64,000 nucleotides of DNA from Felis catus (Eukaryota). The notes under the pieces were generated by a model. That model was not told where the DNA came from, did no database searches, and saw only the letters and a list, made by a program, of their open reading frames with translations. Below are positions 62,973-64,000 of the stretch, one piece after another. Both the position numbers and the translations under genes were made by a program. The stretch spans positions 134,046,001 through 134,110,000 of the forward strand of contig NC_058368.1 of assembly GCF_018350175.1 (NCBI RefSeq), in the 5' to 3' direction. The number at the start of each line of letters is the position of its first letter. Position 1 is the first letter of the stretch.

Positions 62973-63048
<76 letters not shown>

Positions 63049-63248
63049 AATGCTTATTTTTTAGAGAGAGAGACAGACGGAGCACGAGTAGGGTAGGGGT
63101 AGAGAGAGACAGACACAGAATCTGAAGCAGGCTGCAGGGCTGCGAGCTGTCAGCACAGAGCCCGATGTGGGGCTCAAACCCACGAACCAAAAGATCATGA
63201 CCTGAGCCTAAGTTGGACGCCCAACTGACTCAGCCACCCAGGCACCCC
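62895..63248 (-). mobile_element. CanSINE with tail expanded into (CTGT)n(CTTT)n
   Basis: Ends AACTGACTCAGCCACCCAGGCACCCC; pyrimidine tetranucleotide tract ~62911-63047. Confidence 0.95.
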
Positions 63249-63329
63249 TGCAGTGTATTACTTCAACTCTCTGAAGGCATCCATAATTTGTATTGAACTA
63301 ATAATATTCACTGACTCTTTTTTCTCTGT

Positions 63330-64000
63330 GTCCTTTGCTGCTTCCCTCACATCATCCAGACTCTACACTTCCTAAGGTCAGGACCCACTTCTTCCATCTG
63401 CATTCACTATTTTACACCAACTCAGCAAGTACTGTCTGGAAGCTGATGACTTCCAAAGCTGTCTTCAGCCCAACTCCTCCCCCAAGCTACAGATGAGTTC
63501 TAATGGCCTCTTTGACATTTCCTCTTGATGTCTAATAGAATCCCAAACTCATCATGTCCAAAATGGACTGATTTCCTCATCTCCAACCTGCTGCTTTTCA
63601 TCAGCTCATTTGTTCTTTTCCTATCTCAGTGAAAATCTGTCTTTCCAGTGACTCAGGCTAAAGAATTTTTGAGTCATTCTTGACTCCTCTCTTTTTCTTA
63701 CTTTCTACATCTAAACTTTCAACAAGAAACCTATTGGCTCTGGCTCCAAAATATAGCTGGAAGCCCACCACCTCTTAACATGTATATTTCTATCATCCTG
63801 TTCTCTTACCAGCTACTGTCTTCTCTTACTACCCTGGTACCTACTATCTGTTCTCAACATAGCAATCAGAACAGTCCTTTAAAGTGAGATTTAAAAGACG
63901 TGTTCGTCTGCTTGGAACTTTCTGGTTGTTTCCTTATCACTGGTACTCAAGTAAAAATCTTTAAAGTGTTCTGTAGCCCTCACTACCACCATCCTCTTAC
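63330..64000 (+). mobile_element. L2 LINE fragment
   Basis: GCTGATGACTTCCAAA, GACATTTCCTCTTGATGTCTAATAG, CAAACTCATCATGTCCAAAA, GAGTCATTCTTGACTCCTCTCTTT, CTGTTCTCAACATAGCA. Confidence 0.8.

Noticed and set aside
376..63248. tRNA-like A/B boxes and recurring peptides such as WVAQSVK...AQVMIS
   Set aside because: tRNA-derived CanSINE heads, not tRNA genes or a protein family.
1..64000. CRISPR array, operon or other novel multi-gene system; host gene name
   Set aside because: Mammalian non-coding DNA with no regularly spaced repeat-spacer array and no gene cluster; no exon recognised, so no gene symbol assigned.

Overview
Mammalian genomic DNA, almost certainly felid: it carries 20 tRNA-derived CanSINEs, two of them young, CpG-intact cat-type copies with perfect target-site duplications (TSDs), plus carnivore L1 3' ends. 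Beneath these lie older eutherian repeats (MIR, L2, L1M, MLT1/MLT2/LTR16-33 solo LTRs, hAT MITEs) and microsatellites. I could not recognise any protein-coding exon, RNA gene or host gene; the listed ORFs are chance ORFs or repeat-derived. Most L1 and LTR fragments are on the - strand, which suggests an intron of a large gene transcribed on + (inference). Best non-repeat signals: (1) a repeat-free block at ~35 kb with a 13-bp stem and G(CUUG)C tetraloop that folds fully only on +, and a candidate 15-nt microexon; (2) a perfect zero-spacer p53-family response element at 30805-30824, apparently made by local duplication; (3) a sharp switch in SINE orientation at ~33 kb; (4) a CpG/G4-rich element at ~49 kb. 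I see no evidence for a new multi-gene system. Repeat subfamily names come from recalled consensus motifs and boundaries of old repeats are approximate.
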